The notes: generated by a model from the letters alone, not told the origin. Shown: positions 48,159-57,731, counted from the stretch's first letter. The stretch is DNA of 64,000 bases from an uncultured Chloroflexia bacterium (GCA_963813335.1 CAWEYL010000001.1:704001-768000), one strand, 5' to 3'. Made by a program: numbers and translations.

Positions 48159-49652
48159 ATGGCGAGCCTTGCTCGGATCGAGCGGTTCGACGTCGCGGTC
48201 GTCGGCGGGGGCGCGGCCGGCTGCGTGATGGCGCGCCGTCTCGCGGAGCGAGGCGATCGATCGGTGGTCCTCCTCGAGGCAGGACCGGACCTGCGCCACG
48301 CCACGCCGGCCGAGTGGCGGGATGGCTGGATCCTGCCCGTCCCGCTCGACTGGGGCTTCGCGTCCGAGCCCGATGCCGCCGGGGCGACCGGCAAGCTCCG
48401 GCGCGGCCGGGTGCTGGGCGGCACCTCCTGGCTGACGCGCTTCGCCGCCCGCGGCGCGCCGGCCGATTTCGACGCCTGGGCGGCGCGAGGCAACCCGGGC
48501 TGGGGCTACGCGGACGTCCTGCCGGCGTTCCGTCGTGTCGAGGCCGACGCCGAGTTCGGTGGCGATCCCTGGCACGGCCACGAGGGGCCGATCCCCATCA
48601 CGCGCTACCCGGGACTGGCGCGGTCGGACGTCCATGCCGCGGCGGTCGACGCGCTCGTCGCGATGGGCTGCCCGGCCGTCGCCGATCACAATGCGCTGGA
48701 CGCGGTCGGCGTCGGACCGTTGCCGATGAGCACGCGCGACGGCGTGCGGGTCACCTCGGTCGACGCGTTTCTCCCGCTCGACCCGCAGCCGGCCGGCCTC
48801 GAGGTCCGCGGCGACTCGCCGGTCGCCAGCGTGTCGACTCGATGCCGGGCGTGCGACGGGCGTGCGACTCGTCGACGGCACGAGTTGCAGGCCGGGCTGG
48901 TGATCCTCGCCGCCGGGACCTACGGCAGCCCGCCGATCCTCATGCGCTCGGGCATCGGTCCAGCGGACCATCTGCGCGACATGGGCATCGAGGTCACGGT
49001 CGACCTGGCGGGCGTCGGCGCGAACCTGGCGGACCACCCGGGCGTCGATCTCGACACCGGCTGGCACGGCCCCGCCACGACCGGGCCGGTCCTCCATTCG
49101 ATCGCGACACTGCGAAGCAGCAGCGCCACGTCCGGCGGCGCCCCGGACCTGATGTTCTGGGTCAGCGACCCCGCCGGGACGGAGCCCGGCTTCTACGTCG
49201 ACCCCATCCTGCTCAAACCCCGCTCGCGCGGCACCGTCCGACTGCGCTCGGCGGAGCCGACGGCGACACCCCGGATCGCGCTGCCGAGCCTCGAGGACCC
49301 GGCCGACGTCGACCGACTCGTCGAGGGCTACCGGATCGGCGTGGAGCTCGCGAACCGGCCGGAGATCCGGCGTCTGGCGACTGGAGCCGCGCCGACGCTG
49401 CCGGCCACGCCCGGGGAGATCCGGGCCAGGGTGCGCGAGAACGCCTACTCCATCCCGCACGTCGTCGGCACGTGCCGGATGGGGCCGTCACCCGATGACG
49501 GCGACGTCGTGGATGCCCTGGGCAAGGTCCACGGCGTCGACGGGCTGCACGTCGTCGACGCGTCGATCATCCCGGACGCCCCATCCGGCTTCCCGCACCT
49601 GATCACGATCATGCTGGCCGAGCACCTCTCTGCGCGACTCGCCGCGGACTGA
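48159..49652 (+). CDS. GMC oxidoreductase (choline dehydrogenase-like)
   Basis: VVGGGAAG, RGRVLGGTS, LMRSGIGP, GVGANLADH, HVVGTCRMG; apparent compensating frameshifts at about 48835-48885. Confidence 0.9.
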   Translation: MASLARIERFDVAVVGGGAAGCVMARRLAERGDRSVVLLEAGPDLRHATPAEWRDGWILPVPLDWGFASEPDAAGATGKLRRGRVLGGTSWLTRFAARGAPADFDAWAARGNPGWGYADVLPAFRRVEADAEFGGDPWHGHEGPIPITRYPGLARSDVHAAAVDALVAMGCPAVADHNALDAVGVGPLPMSTRDGVRVTSVDAFLPLDPQPAGLEVRGDSPVASVSTRCRACDGRATRRRHELQAGLVILAAGTYGSPPILMRSGIGPADHLRDMGIEVTVDLAGVGANLADHPGVDLDTGWHGPATTGPVLHSIATLRSSSATSGGAPDLMFWVSDPAGTEPGFYVDPILLKPRSRGTVRLRSAEPTATPRIALPSLEDPADVDRLVEGYRIGVELANRPEIRRLATGAAPTLPATPGEIRARVRENAYSIPHVVGTCRMGPSPDDGDVVDALGKVHGVDGLHVVDASIIPDAPSGFPHLITIMLAEHLSARLAAD

Positions 49653-49658
49653 CGGCCG

Positions 49659-51845
49659 CTACGGCTGCTCGGCCGCGAACGCCGCGACGTAGGAGCGGTT
49701 CAGGTAGAGCAGGGTCCCGCTCCCGTTGGTGGTCTTGACGTTCGCGTTCAGCGTGACCGCGAAGGCGCACTTCTTGTCGGCCCCGAGCAGACCGCCGAGC
49801 GTCGTGTTCGAGTCGACGTACGCCGGGGCGGGCGGCTTGCCCCGCTCCGCGAACTCGCCCATCGAGTACGGCGTGCCACCGCCGATGCCCTTGACGATCG
49901 ACATCGAGTAGCCCGCCAGGAACGACGGATCCGTGGAGCCGTGCACGTGGGGGTGATATGCCCGGTAGAGGATCGAGACGTGGTCGCCGGCTGCGCCGTC
50001 GAGGAACTGGCAGGTCGGCGTGCCACTCGACCCGGACAGCTGGATCCCCTCGATGACCGCGCTTGCCGGGCGGTTGTCCCACCACAGCGCGTGCGTCAGG
50101 GCTGAGAACGGCACGTTGTCGGGCGGACCGGCCTGGACCCGCCAACGCCCGAACGTGAACGCCTTCTGGGTGCCGGTGCCGGTCGAGCCGGTCGGCCGGA
50201 TCTGGTTCCCGCCGCCATCGAAGACCTCGATGCGCACGAGGTACTTGCCGTCGGGACGCTGGGTCGTGTCGAGGATGGCGTGGAACTGGTTGTCGTCCCA
50301 TTGCTCCATCGCGCTCAGCAGCCCGCCCGTCTCGTACGGGATCTCGAAGAGGCCGCTCGAGTTCGGACCGAGCGAGTGCTGTGCCCGGATCCAGCCCGTG
50401 CCGAACACCCACTTCCAGGATGTCCAGGCGGGGATGGCGACCGGCGTCCAACCGCCGACCGGATCGCCGTGGGCGTCGGCGGCGGCAACGTCCACACGGA
50501 AGTAGCGGGCGAGCGACTGCATGCCGGGGCTGAAGAAGTAGCGGAGCCCGAGCGAGCCGCCGAGCGGCAGGTTGACGCCGGGACCGTCCACGGCGGAGGG
50601 GCTGAGCAGCCCGTCGGTCGTGCCCAGGTCCAGCACGGAGTCCGGCGAATCCTGGTTCGGGGTGCCGAGGTTCCAAGTCTGGGTCGATCCGATCGAGTGC
50701 AGCAGGACCGTCGCGTCGCCGGCACCCGGGACCACCGGATCGCTGCCGCACGACACGCCCGCCAGGCTGTACGACGTCAGGGTGGGATGCGCCCCGGCCG
50801 CGAACCACTGTCCGGCGGCAGGGCCGTCGTAGATGGTCACGGTCACGCCGTTGATGACCTGCTTGACCTTGTAGGCGTACTCGTCGCTGCAGTTCGGGAG
50901 GTAGATCCGCGGGAAGTCGCGCCAGCACGCCGTGAACGTCCCGTTGTCGGCGATGAGCCCCTCGCCGACCTTCGTGCCCACCCCGCACGTGCACCACAGG
51001 TACGGTCGCAGCTTGATGTACTCGGACAGGCGGTCGCCCTTGAGGGTGCGCAGGGCGAAGGTGTCGCGTTCAAGGTTCAGCTTGCGGATGTCGAGCGCTC
51101 CGCCGCTGGCGACCTGCTCGAGCATGGCGAACGGCGCCGGATCCGGGCCTGGACCGGGTGGGAACGGCCCCGGATCGGGGTCGGGCGGGAAGGGCACGGG
51201 GAAGGGGGGATCGCCGGGTGGCGGCCAGTGCGGCGGCCACTCCACCGGTCCGTCGTACCAGTCGCCCGGGTCGATCACGATCGGGGGCTCGCAGCAGCAG
51301 GTCCGCCGGTACACCTCCACGATGCCCTGGCAGACGGTGGCGCAGCGGTAGGGATGGAAGACGGAGACCGGATCGACGAGGGAGACGTCGACGAGCTTCG
51401 CGGCCGAGGTCTTGGCCGACAGCGTCGAGAGGGCGCCGATCGTCGTCGAGGCCTTGACGTAGTCGATGAGGTGCCAGTAGGGGAAGCAGCGGCGGACGCT
51501 GCCGGAGACGCACTCGGTGAACCCGTACCACGGACCCCACGCCCCTTCGGGCAGGCGCAGGGCGTCGCCCTGGAAGAGCTCGCGCGCCTCCTCGATGCGG
51601 TATCCGAGGAACTGGTCGCCGCCGGCCGAGGGGTCGGCCGAGGCATCCCCGATCACGATCTGCGACGCCTTGTCGAGCGCGCTCGCGGCCAGCGTGAACT
51701 TCCCGTCCGCGGCCACCTTGGCGGACCCGACGACCTTGCCGTCGGCGGCCAGCGCGTGCACCGCGATCGCCGGTCGCTCCTCGCGCCCCTCCGCGCCCAC
51801 CAGCTCGATGCGGCCGCTCAGCCCGGCAGTCTTCCCCTCGGCCAT
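49659..51845 (-). CDS. 728-aa hypothetical protein, Cys-rich with Pro linker
   Basis: Long ORF with strong codon bias; GAGGGG RBS; no recognisable family. Confidence 0.85.
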   Translation of the reverse strand: MAEGKTAGLSGRIELVGAEGREERPAIAVHALAADGKVVGSAKVAADGKFTLAASALDKASQIVIGDASADPSAGGDQFLGYRIEEARELFQGDALRLPEGAWGPWYGFTECVSGSVRRCFPYWHLIDYVKASTTIGALSTLSAKTSAAKLVDVSLVDPVSVFHPYRCATVCQGIVEVYRRTCCCEPPIVIDPGDWYDGPVEWPPHWPPPGDPPFPVPFPPDPDPGPFPPGPGPDPAPFAMLEQVASGGALDIRKLNLERDTFALRTLKGDRLSEYIKLRPYLWCTCGVGTKVGEGLIADNGTFTACWRDFPRIYLPNCSDEYAYKVKQVINGVTVTIYDGPAAGQWFAAGAHPTLTSYSLAGVSCGSDPVVPGAGDATVLLHSIGSTQTWNLGTPNQDSPDSVLDLGTTDGLLSPSAVDGPGVNLPLGGSLGLRYFFSPGMQSLARYFRVDVAAADAHGDPVGGWTPVAIPAWTSWKWVFGTGWIRAQHSLGPNSSGLFEIPYETGGLLSAMEQWDDNQFHAILDTTQRPDGKYLVRIEVFDGGGNQIRPTGSTGTGTQKAFTFGRWRVQAGPPDNVPFSALTHALWWDNRPASAVIEGIQLSGSSGTPTCQFLDGAAGDHVSILYRAYHPHVHGSTDPSFLAGYSMSIVKGIGGGTPYSMGEFAERGKPPAPAYVDSNTTLGGLLGADKKCAFAVTLNANVKTTNGSGTLLYLNRSYVAAFAAEQP

Positions 51846-51930
51846 GACGCCCCTCTTCCCGGCTCAGGTGACCTGCGCATGGGCAGGTCGATCGACGACG
51901 AAGTCCGGCCGGGAGCCTGACAGCCGGGCC

Positions 51931-51991
51931 ATCACCGCCTCGCCACGGGGCGGTCACATGGGCGTCACCGCTGCGTCACGGGTGTGTCAGC
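51931..51991 (-). promoter_or_regulatory. six 11-bp-phased GTGAC-like direct repeats (SARP-type binding array)
   Basis: TCAC-like cores at 51932, 51943, 51954, 51965, 51976 and 51987 on the + strand. Confidence 0.75.
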
Positions 51992-52105
51992 CGGAAGTCC
52001 CGGGGCGCCCGCCGAACGTTTGCTTGACCGGCCGCCGCCGACCGACGCAGACTGGCCGGGAGGGCGCGGGGAGCGCGATTCCGCCGCATCGCGGTTGGGG
52101 ACACG

Positions 52106-52846
52106 ATGGGCATGCGAGGCGCCAGGAGGCCTGCGGGCGTGCGATCCTGGCTTTCATTGACCGACGAGTTCGAACTCGTCGTCCACGGCCGCGAGATCGG
52201 GCTGCCGCATAGCGTCGAGCGCGTCGTGGCCTACATCGGCCTCTCGACGCAGCCGGTCCACCGGCTGAAGCTGGCCGGTACCCTCTGGCCGGATGTCGCG
52301 GAGGTCCAGGCCGCGCGCAGCCTGCGAACGGCGCTGTGGCGCCTCCAGCGGGGCGGGGTCCGCATCGTGGACGCCCACGAGGATCGCGTCGCCCTGCTGC
52401 CGATGGTGCGCGTCGACGTGATCGAGCTGTTCGACCTCTGCCGCGAGCTGCTCGACGACCGCGACGGCCAGGCGCTCGGACGGGTCAGCGACCTGATCGA
52501 CAACACCGAGCTGCTGCCCGACTGGGACGAGGAATGGGTCGTGGCCGATCGGGAGCGCTATCGGATGCTGCGACTCCAGGCCCTCGAGTTGGCGGCGGAA
52601 CGGCTGATCGTCCGCGCCGAATTCGGGCGGGCCATGGAAGCCGCGCTGGCCGCGACCATCAGCGACCCGCTGCGCGAGAGCGCCCGGCGCCTCGTGATCC
52701 GGGTGCACCTCGCCGAGGGCAACCTCGCGTCCGCGCTGCGCGCGTATGACGACTATCGGACCCTGCTGGACCGCGAGATCGGGGTGGAACCGTCGCTTGC
52801 GATGCAGCGGCTCATCGGCTCGCTGGAGGCCGTGCCCGTCAGCTGA
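52106..52846 (+). CDS. SARP/AfsR-family activator (wHTH + BTAD)
   Basis: LAGTLWPD, SLRTALWRL, LLPDWDEEWV, DPLRESA, EIGVEPS. Confidence 0.9.
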   Translation: MGMRGARRPAGVRSWLSLTDEFELVVHGREIGLPHSVERVVAYIGLSTQPVHRLKLAGTLWPDVAEVQAARSLRTALWRLQRGGVRIVDAHEDRVALLPMVRVDVIELFDLCRELLDDRDGQALGRVSDLIDNTELLPDWDEEWVVADRERYRMLRLQALELAAERLIVRAEFGRAMEAALAATISDPLRESARRLVIRVHLAEGNLASALRAYDDYRTLLDREIGVEPSLAMQRLIGSLEAVPVS

Positions 52847-52849
52847 CCG

Positions 52850-54268
52850 TCAGGGGCTCCAGAACCCGATGTCGCCATCGAGCGGATACGGGTCGCCGCC
52901 GTCCGGGAAGAGGACGTCGGTGTGGGTGTCGCCGGCCGCGTCGACCTGCGGGACGAGGATCGACGAGCTGTCGGGCGCCCACATCCGATGGCTCAGAGCG
53001 TACTGGTCGAAGTAGGTCAGCACCTGGTTGGTGTAGCGCTCGGCGGGCGCGACCTCGGGGTTCGACCGGATCGCGCCGGACGCGACATCCACGAAGACCA
53101 TGTGGACCTCGATCGAGCCGCTCGGTGACGCCGACGGTGCGGGGCTGCTGCTCGCGGTGGTCGCGCCGGCCGGGACCGGCACCACCCGGATCGCCGCGAT
53201 CGTCTTGCCGTCGGGCGACCAGGCGAAGCTGACGACCTCGCCGTCCAGCAGCGTCCGCACGTCGCCCGACGCCGCGTCGATCAGGCGCAGCGGGCCGAGC
53301 GGGACGCCCACCGCGGACGCGACTCCCGTGGTCTCGCCGATGGAGGCCAGCACGTCGCCCGCCGGCGAGAAGTCCAGGGCGGCCAGGCCGACCACCGGCA
53401 TCGAGTGCTCGTGGGTGCCGTCACGGGTCGCGACGACGACCGCGTCCGTGCCGGTGGTGCCCGCGCGGACGTAGCCCACGTAGGCGCCGTCTGCGCTCAC
53501 GTCAGGCGAGCGGAAGCTGCCGGGTGTCGCGATCGCGGGGGCGACGGCCTGGCCGTTCATGGCGAGCTCGCCGAGGAACGCGTCGGCACCGGTGCCGATG
53601 TGGGCGAGCAGCCGGTCGGACCCGCTCCAGTCGTAGTAGAACGGCGACCCGCTGCGGATCAGGGAGCCTGGGCCGCTGCCGTCGACCGCCGCGCTCCCAT
53701 CGGAGGGCGCGATCCGCAGCGAGATGCCGCCGTCCTCGTCGGACAGGAACGAGACGGCCTTGCCCTCGGGATGCCACGAGAGGTAGAACGGCCCGACGCC
53801 CGCCTTCCGGAAGATCACGCGCGGTGGCACGGGGGACCCGGACGTCGCCAGGCCCACGTCGATGACCACCACCGACGTGTCGGTCGCCGTGGTGCGGATC
53901 GCGGCGATCAGCCGGCCATCGGGCGACCAGGCCGGGAACCCGTAGGTGCCCGTCGACGCATCGACGAGTGGCGTGCTCGCGCCGTGGGCGTCGACCAGCG
54001 AGAGCGACCCATCCGCGTGCGCCAGGGCGATGGTACCCGCGCCCGCGAACGGCCGGATGTTCGGCGCGGTGCTGGTCCCGGGCGTGACGCCCGGTGTGGC
54101 AGCGGGCGAGGCGGTCGGCGGGAGGAGCGGCCCCAGCGTGACGTCGGCGGCGGGGGACGGCCGATCCGGCGTGGCGGGGGCACACGCGGAGGCGATCAAG
54201 GCGGCGGACACGAGCAGGCCGGCAGCCCCCAGGGTCCGGGTCCATGCTCGGGCGCGTCCTGCCTCCAT
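52850..54268 (-). CDS. TolB/PD40-like beta-propeller lipoprotein
   Basis: Lipobox IASAC; repeated WSPDG/WHPEG/FSPAG/WAPDS motifs. Confidence 0.8.
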   Translation of the reverse strand: MEAGRARAWTRTLGAAGLLVSAALIASACAPATPDRPSPAADVTLGPLLPPTASPAATPGVTPGTSTAPNIRPFAGAGTIALAHADGSLSLVDAHGASTPLVDASTGTYGFPAWSPDGRLIAAIRTTATDTSVVVIDVGLATSGSPVPPRVIFRKAGVGPFYLSWHPEGKAVSFLSDEDGGISLRIAPSDGSAAVDGSGPGSLIRSGSPFYYDWSGSDRLLAHIGTGADAFLGELAMNGQAVAPAIATPGSFRSPDVSADGAYVGYVRAGTTGTDAVVVATRDGTHEHSMPVVGLAALDFSPAGDVLASIGETTGVASAVGVPLGPLRLIDAASGDVRTLLDGEVVSFAWSPDGKTIAAIRVVPVPAGATTASSSPAPSASPSGSIEVHMVFVDVASGAIRSNPEVAPAERYTNQVLTYFDQYALSHRMWAPDSSSILVPQVDAAGDTHTDVLFPDGGDPYPLDGDIGFWSP

Positions 54269-54324
54269 CACCGCACGATACGCGCGAGGGCCGCCGATGG
54301 ATGCGTCCCTGGCGCGTTCGCGCC

Positions 54325-54477
54325 CTAGACGATCGGGTCGACCTGCTCGTCCTCGGGGATAACGCCGGGCTTGGGCGGCGTCTCCTCCGGCTCGATGTCG
54401 TCGTCCTCATCGCGGCCGTCGACGTCGGGGTCGTCCACGAGCGGCGGCCCCATGGGTTCCTGCGGGTCCTGCGGCAT
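54325..54477 (-). CDS. 50-aa acidic, Pro-rich peptide
   Basis: MPQDPQEPMGPPLVDDPDVDGRDEDDDIEPEETPPKPGVIPEDEQVDPIV; AGGGGGA RBS; starts 12 nt after the upstream stop; not in the ORF track. Confidence 0.65.
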   Translation of the reverse strand: MPQDPQEPMGPPLVDDPDVDGRDEDDDIEPEETPPKPGVIPEDEQVDPIV

Positions 54478-54489
54478 GTCGGAGTCCCC

Positions 54490-55383
54490 CTACGCCGGAT
54501 CGATGACGGAGCTGTGCATGAACCGCGCACCGGCGCGGTCCACCTGGTGCCAGACCCGGCTGCCACCCACGCTCTGGCCTTGCCTGGTCGTGCCGAAGAC
54601 GCGGATCCGCGCGCCGTTGCGGCGCCGGTCGACCACGTTGCCCTTGCCCGGGACGCCGCCAGGCTTCGAGCGCACGAGCGCGACGGGCACCGTGACCACG
54701 TACTCGCCCGAACCGGAAGACGTGGCGCCGAACGTGAACTTGACGGGCGCGACTGCCTGGACCGGGTGCCCGGGCGCGACGCCGACCGGGTGTCGCGTCG
54801 GGAAGACCGCGGCATAGGCTCTGCCCTGGCCGACCGTGCCGTGGGCCAGCTCGAGGGCGCCGGCGGCCTGGCGCAGCAGCGCGGTCGGGACGGGTTGTGG
54901 CGCCTTCGCGATCCCATGGAAGCGGTGGTCGTCCAGCGGGTCGTAGACATCGCCGTTGGGCAGCCACAGCACGATGTGACCGTCCTCGAACTCCTTGCTG
55001 CCGGCGAACGCGGTGCCCAGGAACGGCTTGTACTTGAGCTGGAGGGCGATCGCGTGCCCGTCCTGGCGGAGGTCGTCGAGCTCGTCGAAGTCGATCGGCG
55101 TCTCGACGTCGATGGTGATGCCGTGATGCTTGAGCACGGCCCGGATCTGCCGCAGGTTCAGCCCCGGCGACCCCGAGTCGGGCGTCGGCTCGTTGCTCTC
55201 CTTGCGGACCTGGGTCCCGGTGATCTTGACGCCGCTATCGAATTCGGCGCCCATCGCGGCGACGAACGCCGTGCAGTTGACCCAGCCCTGGAACACCTTC
55301 TTGCCCTTCGCGTTGATGAAGGTGCTCTTGTCGCCGCTGATCGCCGGGTTCTGTGCCTGGAATGTGACCGTGCCGCCTGCCAT
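54490..55383 (-). CDS. papain-like (C39-like) peptidase with C-terminal SH3b-like domain
   Basis: Q..NC, GHIV, YDPL catalytic-like pattern; C-terminal VRSKPG...GQSVGGSRVWH...FMHSS; GGAGG RBS. Confidence 0.65.
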   Translation of the reverse strand: MAGGTVTFQAQNPAISGDKSTFINAKGKKVFQGWVNCTAFVAAMGAEFDSGVKITGTQVRKESNEPTPDSGSPGLNLRQIRAVLKHHGITIDVETPIDFDELDDLRQDGHAIALQLKYKPFLGTAFAGSKEFEDGHIVLWLPNGDVYDPLDDHRFHGIAKAPQPVPTALLRQAAGALELAHGTVGQGRAYAAVFPTRHPVGVAPGHPVQAVAPVKFTFGATSSGSGEYVVTVPVALVRSKPGGVPGKGNVVDRRRNGARIRVFGTTRQGQSVGGSRVWHQVDRAGARFMHSSVIDPA

Positions 55384-55412
55384 CTCGAACCTCCATCGGC
55401 TTGCGTCGGCCG

Positions 55413-55456
55413 ACTCTAGGCGGAGGCCGTCATGGTCGCGTCACGCCGACGTCTTG
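55413..55456 (-). promoter_or_regulatory. three 11-bp-phased GACG repeats plus -10 box
   Basis: Minus strand: AAGACG-n5-GTGACG-n5-ATGACG-n9-TAGAGT. Confidence 0.6.
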
Positions 55457-55487
55457 ACCACGCACGCCGATTGGTATCCTGCCGCCG

Positions 55488-56741
55488 GTGCGACTCCTTC
55501 CGGCCCGCGCCGTCGACGCCGTCTCCCCGCCGCGGCTCGGGGGGAGCTTCAGGTGGCTGCTCACCGCCGAGATCATCACCAACCTCGGCGACGGCGTCGC
55601 CATCGCCGCCGGCCCGCTCCTGGTCGCTTCGCTGACGCATGACCCGTTCCTCGTCTCGATGGCGCTGCTGAGCGAATACCTGCCGACCCTGCTATTCGGG
55701 GTCGTGGCCGGTGCGGCGGCGGACCGCTTCGACCGACGCCGGATGGTGGCCGCGGTCAACGTCGTCCGGGCGATCGTCCTGGCCATCCTCACCGTCACGA
55801 TCGCCACCGGTGCCGTCGAGATCGCGATCGTGCTCGCGGCGCTGTTCGCGATGGGCACCGCCGAGGCCTTCGCCGATACCGCGGGGAGCTCGCTGGTCCC
55901 GAACCTCGTACAGCGCGAGGACCTCGGGACGGCCAACGCGCGGCTGGAGGGCGCGTACATCCTCACGAACCAGCTCATCGGCCCGCCGGTGGGCGCCTTC
56001 CTGTTCGTCGTGGGCATGGCCCTCCCGTTCGCCACGAACGCGGCGTGCTTCGCCCTGGGCGCGCTGCTGGTCATGCGCGTCGCGACGAGCCAGCCGGCCG
56101 TCGAGGCACCGGAGGAGGGGTCGAGCCTGGTCGCGGAGATGCGCGAGGGGTTGCGCTGGCTCATGGGCCACGCCCCGATGCGGACGCTCGCCCTGACGAT
56201 CTTCGCGTTCAACGTCACCTATGGCGCGGCGTTCGCGGTCCTGGTGCTCTACGCCTCGGAGCGGCTCGGGATGGACGCCTTCGGGTTCGGGCTCCTGACG
56301 ACGGCGGTCGCCATCGGCGGCATCATCGGCACGGCCTCATACGGGTCCCTCGAGCGGCGCTTCCGCCTCGCCGATATCATGCGGGTCGGCCTGGTCATCG
56401 AGACGCTCACTCACCTCGTGCTCGCCCTGACGACCTCGGCCGCCGTCGCGCTCCTGACGATGGGCATCTTCGGCGCCCACGCCTTCGTGTGGGGCACGAC
56501 GTCGACGGTCGTCCGCCAGCGCGCCGTCCCCGACGCGATGCTCGGCCGGGTGACCGGCATCTACCACGTCGCGCTCGTCGGCGGCCTGGTGATCGGGACG
56601 CCGCTCGGCGGGCTCCTGGCATCGACCTACGGGATCACGGCTCCCTTCTGGTTCGGGTTCATCGGCTCCGCGCTGCTCGTGGTCATCCTTTGGCGCCAGT
56701 TCGACCTCATCGTGCATGCTGGCGACACGGCAGCGAGGTAG
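55488..56741 (+). CDS. MFS transporter (DHA3/MefA-like)
   Basis: NLGDG, GAAADRFDRRR, VPDAMLGRV; about 12 TM segments. Confidence 0.9.
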   Translation: MRLLPARAVDAVSPPRLGGSFRWLLTAEIITNLGDGVAIAAGPLLVASLTHDPFLVSMALLSEYLPTLLFGVVAGAAADRFDRRRMVAAVNVVRAIVLAILTVTIATGAVEIAIVLAALFAMGTAEAFADTAGSSLVPNLVQREDLGTANARLEGAYILTNQLIGPPVGAFLFVVGMALPFATNAACFALGALLVMRVATSQPAVEAPEEGSSLVAEMREGLRWLMGHAPMRTLALTIFAFNVTYGAAFAVLVLYASERLGMDAFGFGLLTTAVAIGGIIGTASYGSLERRFRLADIMRVGLVIETLTHLVLALTTSAAVALLTMGIFGAHAFVWGTTSTVVRQRAVPDAMLGRVTGIYHVALVGGLVIGTPLGGLLASTYGITAPFWFGFIGSALLVVILWRQFDLIVHAGDTAAR

Positions 56742-56744
56742 GTC

Positions 56745-57731
56745 ATGAAGGCAGCGATCCGCACGCGGTACGGCTCACCCGACGTGGTCGAGCTTCGCGA
56801 CGTCGACCGCCCGACGCCGACGGGCAGTCAGGTGCTGGTGCGCGTGGTGGCCGCGTCGGTGAACCGCGCCGACCTCGACCTGATCGAGCCGCGACCGCAG
56901 GTCTCCCGCGTGTTCCTCGGCCTGCGCGGTCCGCGCAACCACCGCCTTGGCATCGACGTCGCCGGCGTCGTCGAGGCTGCCGGTCCGGACGCGAAACGCT
57001 TCAAGCCGGGCGACGCGGTCTTCGCGGACCTGTACCCGTTCGGGAGCGGGAGCTTCGCCGAGTACGCCTGCGCGCCGGAGCGGGCCTTCCTGCCGATCCC
57101 GGCCGGGATGTCGTTCGAGACGGCCGCGACGCTGCCGCATTCTGGGACGCTCGCGATGCAGGGCCTCCGGCGCCGGAACGGCCGCACGCTCCGTCCCGGC
57201 GACCAGGTGCTGATCGATGGCGCATCGGGCAACGTCGGCCCGTTCGCTGTCCAGGTCGCGAAGGCGCTGGGCGCCGAGGTCACCGCGACGGCCAGCCCGG
57301 CCAAGCTCGACTTCGTGCGCTCGCTCGGGGCTGATCACGTCCTGGACTACACGGCCGTCGACTACACGCGAGCGGGTGCGCGCTACGACTGGATCCTGGA
57401 TACGGACTCGCACCATCCGATCTTTCGCTGCCGGCGCGCGCTCAAGCCCGGGGGCACGTACGTGACGCTCGGTGGCACGGCGTGGCCGCTCCTCATCGGG
57501 CTGACGATCGGGCCGCTCGTCTCGCTCGTCACCAGTCGCTGGTCGGGCCTGATGCTCTGGTGGAAGCCGTTCGGCCGGGCGGACATCGAGGCGCTGTCGG
57601 CGCTCATCGCCGATGGCAAGGTCGTCCCGGCCATCGATCGGCGGTTCTCGCTCAGCCAGGCCGTGGACGCGCTCCGCTACGTCGACCAGAAGCAGGCGAA
57701 GGGCAAGGTCCTGATCGTCATCGACGGATGA
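56745..57731 (+). CDS. NAD(P)-dependent MDR oxidoreductase (zinc-independent type)
   Basis: ASVNRAD, GIDVAG, DGASGNVG, LGADHVLDY, KGKVLI. Confidence 0.9.
   Translation: MKAAIRTRYGSPDVVELRDVDRPTPTGSQVLVRVVAASVNRADLDLIEPRPQVSRVFLGLRGPRNHRLGIDVAGVVEAAGPDAKRFKPGDAVFADLYPFGSGSFAEYACAPERAFLPIPAGMSFETAATLPHSGTLAMQGLRRRNGRTLRPGDQVLIDGASGNVGPFAVQVAKALGAEVTATASPAKLDFVRSLGADHVLDYTAVDYTRAGARYDWILDTDSHHPIFRCRRALKPGGTYVTLGGTAWPLLIGLTIGPLVSLVTSRWSGLMLWWKPFGRADIEALSALIADGKVVPAIDRRFSLSQAVDALRYVDQKQAKGKVLIVIDG

Noticed and set aside
51931-51991. Repeats as replication iterons or a mini-CRISPR
   Set aside because: Only 5-6-bp cores, no rep or cas gene; position next to a SARP gene and a -10 box fits activator sites better.
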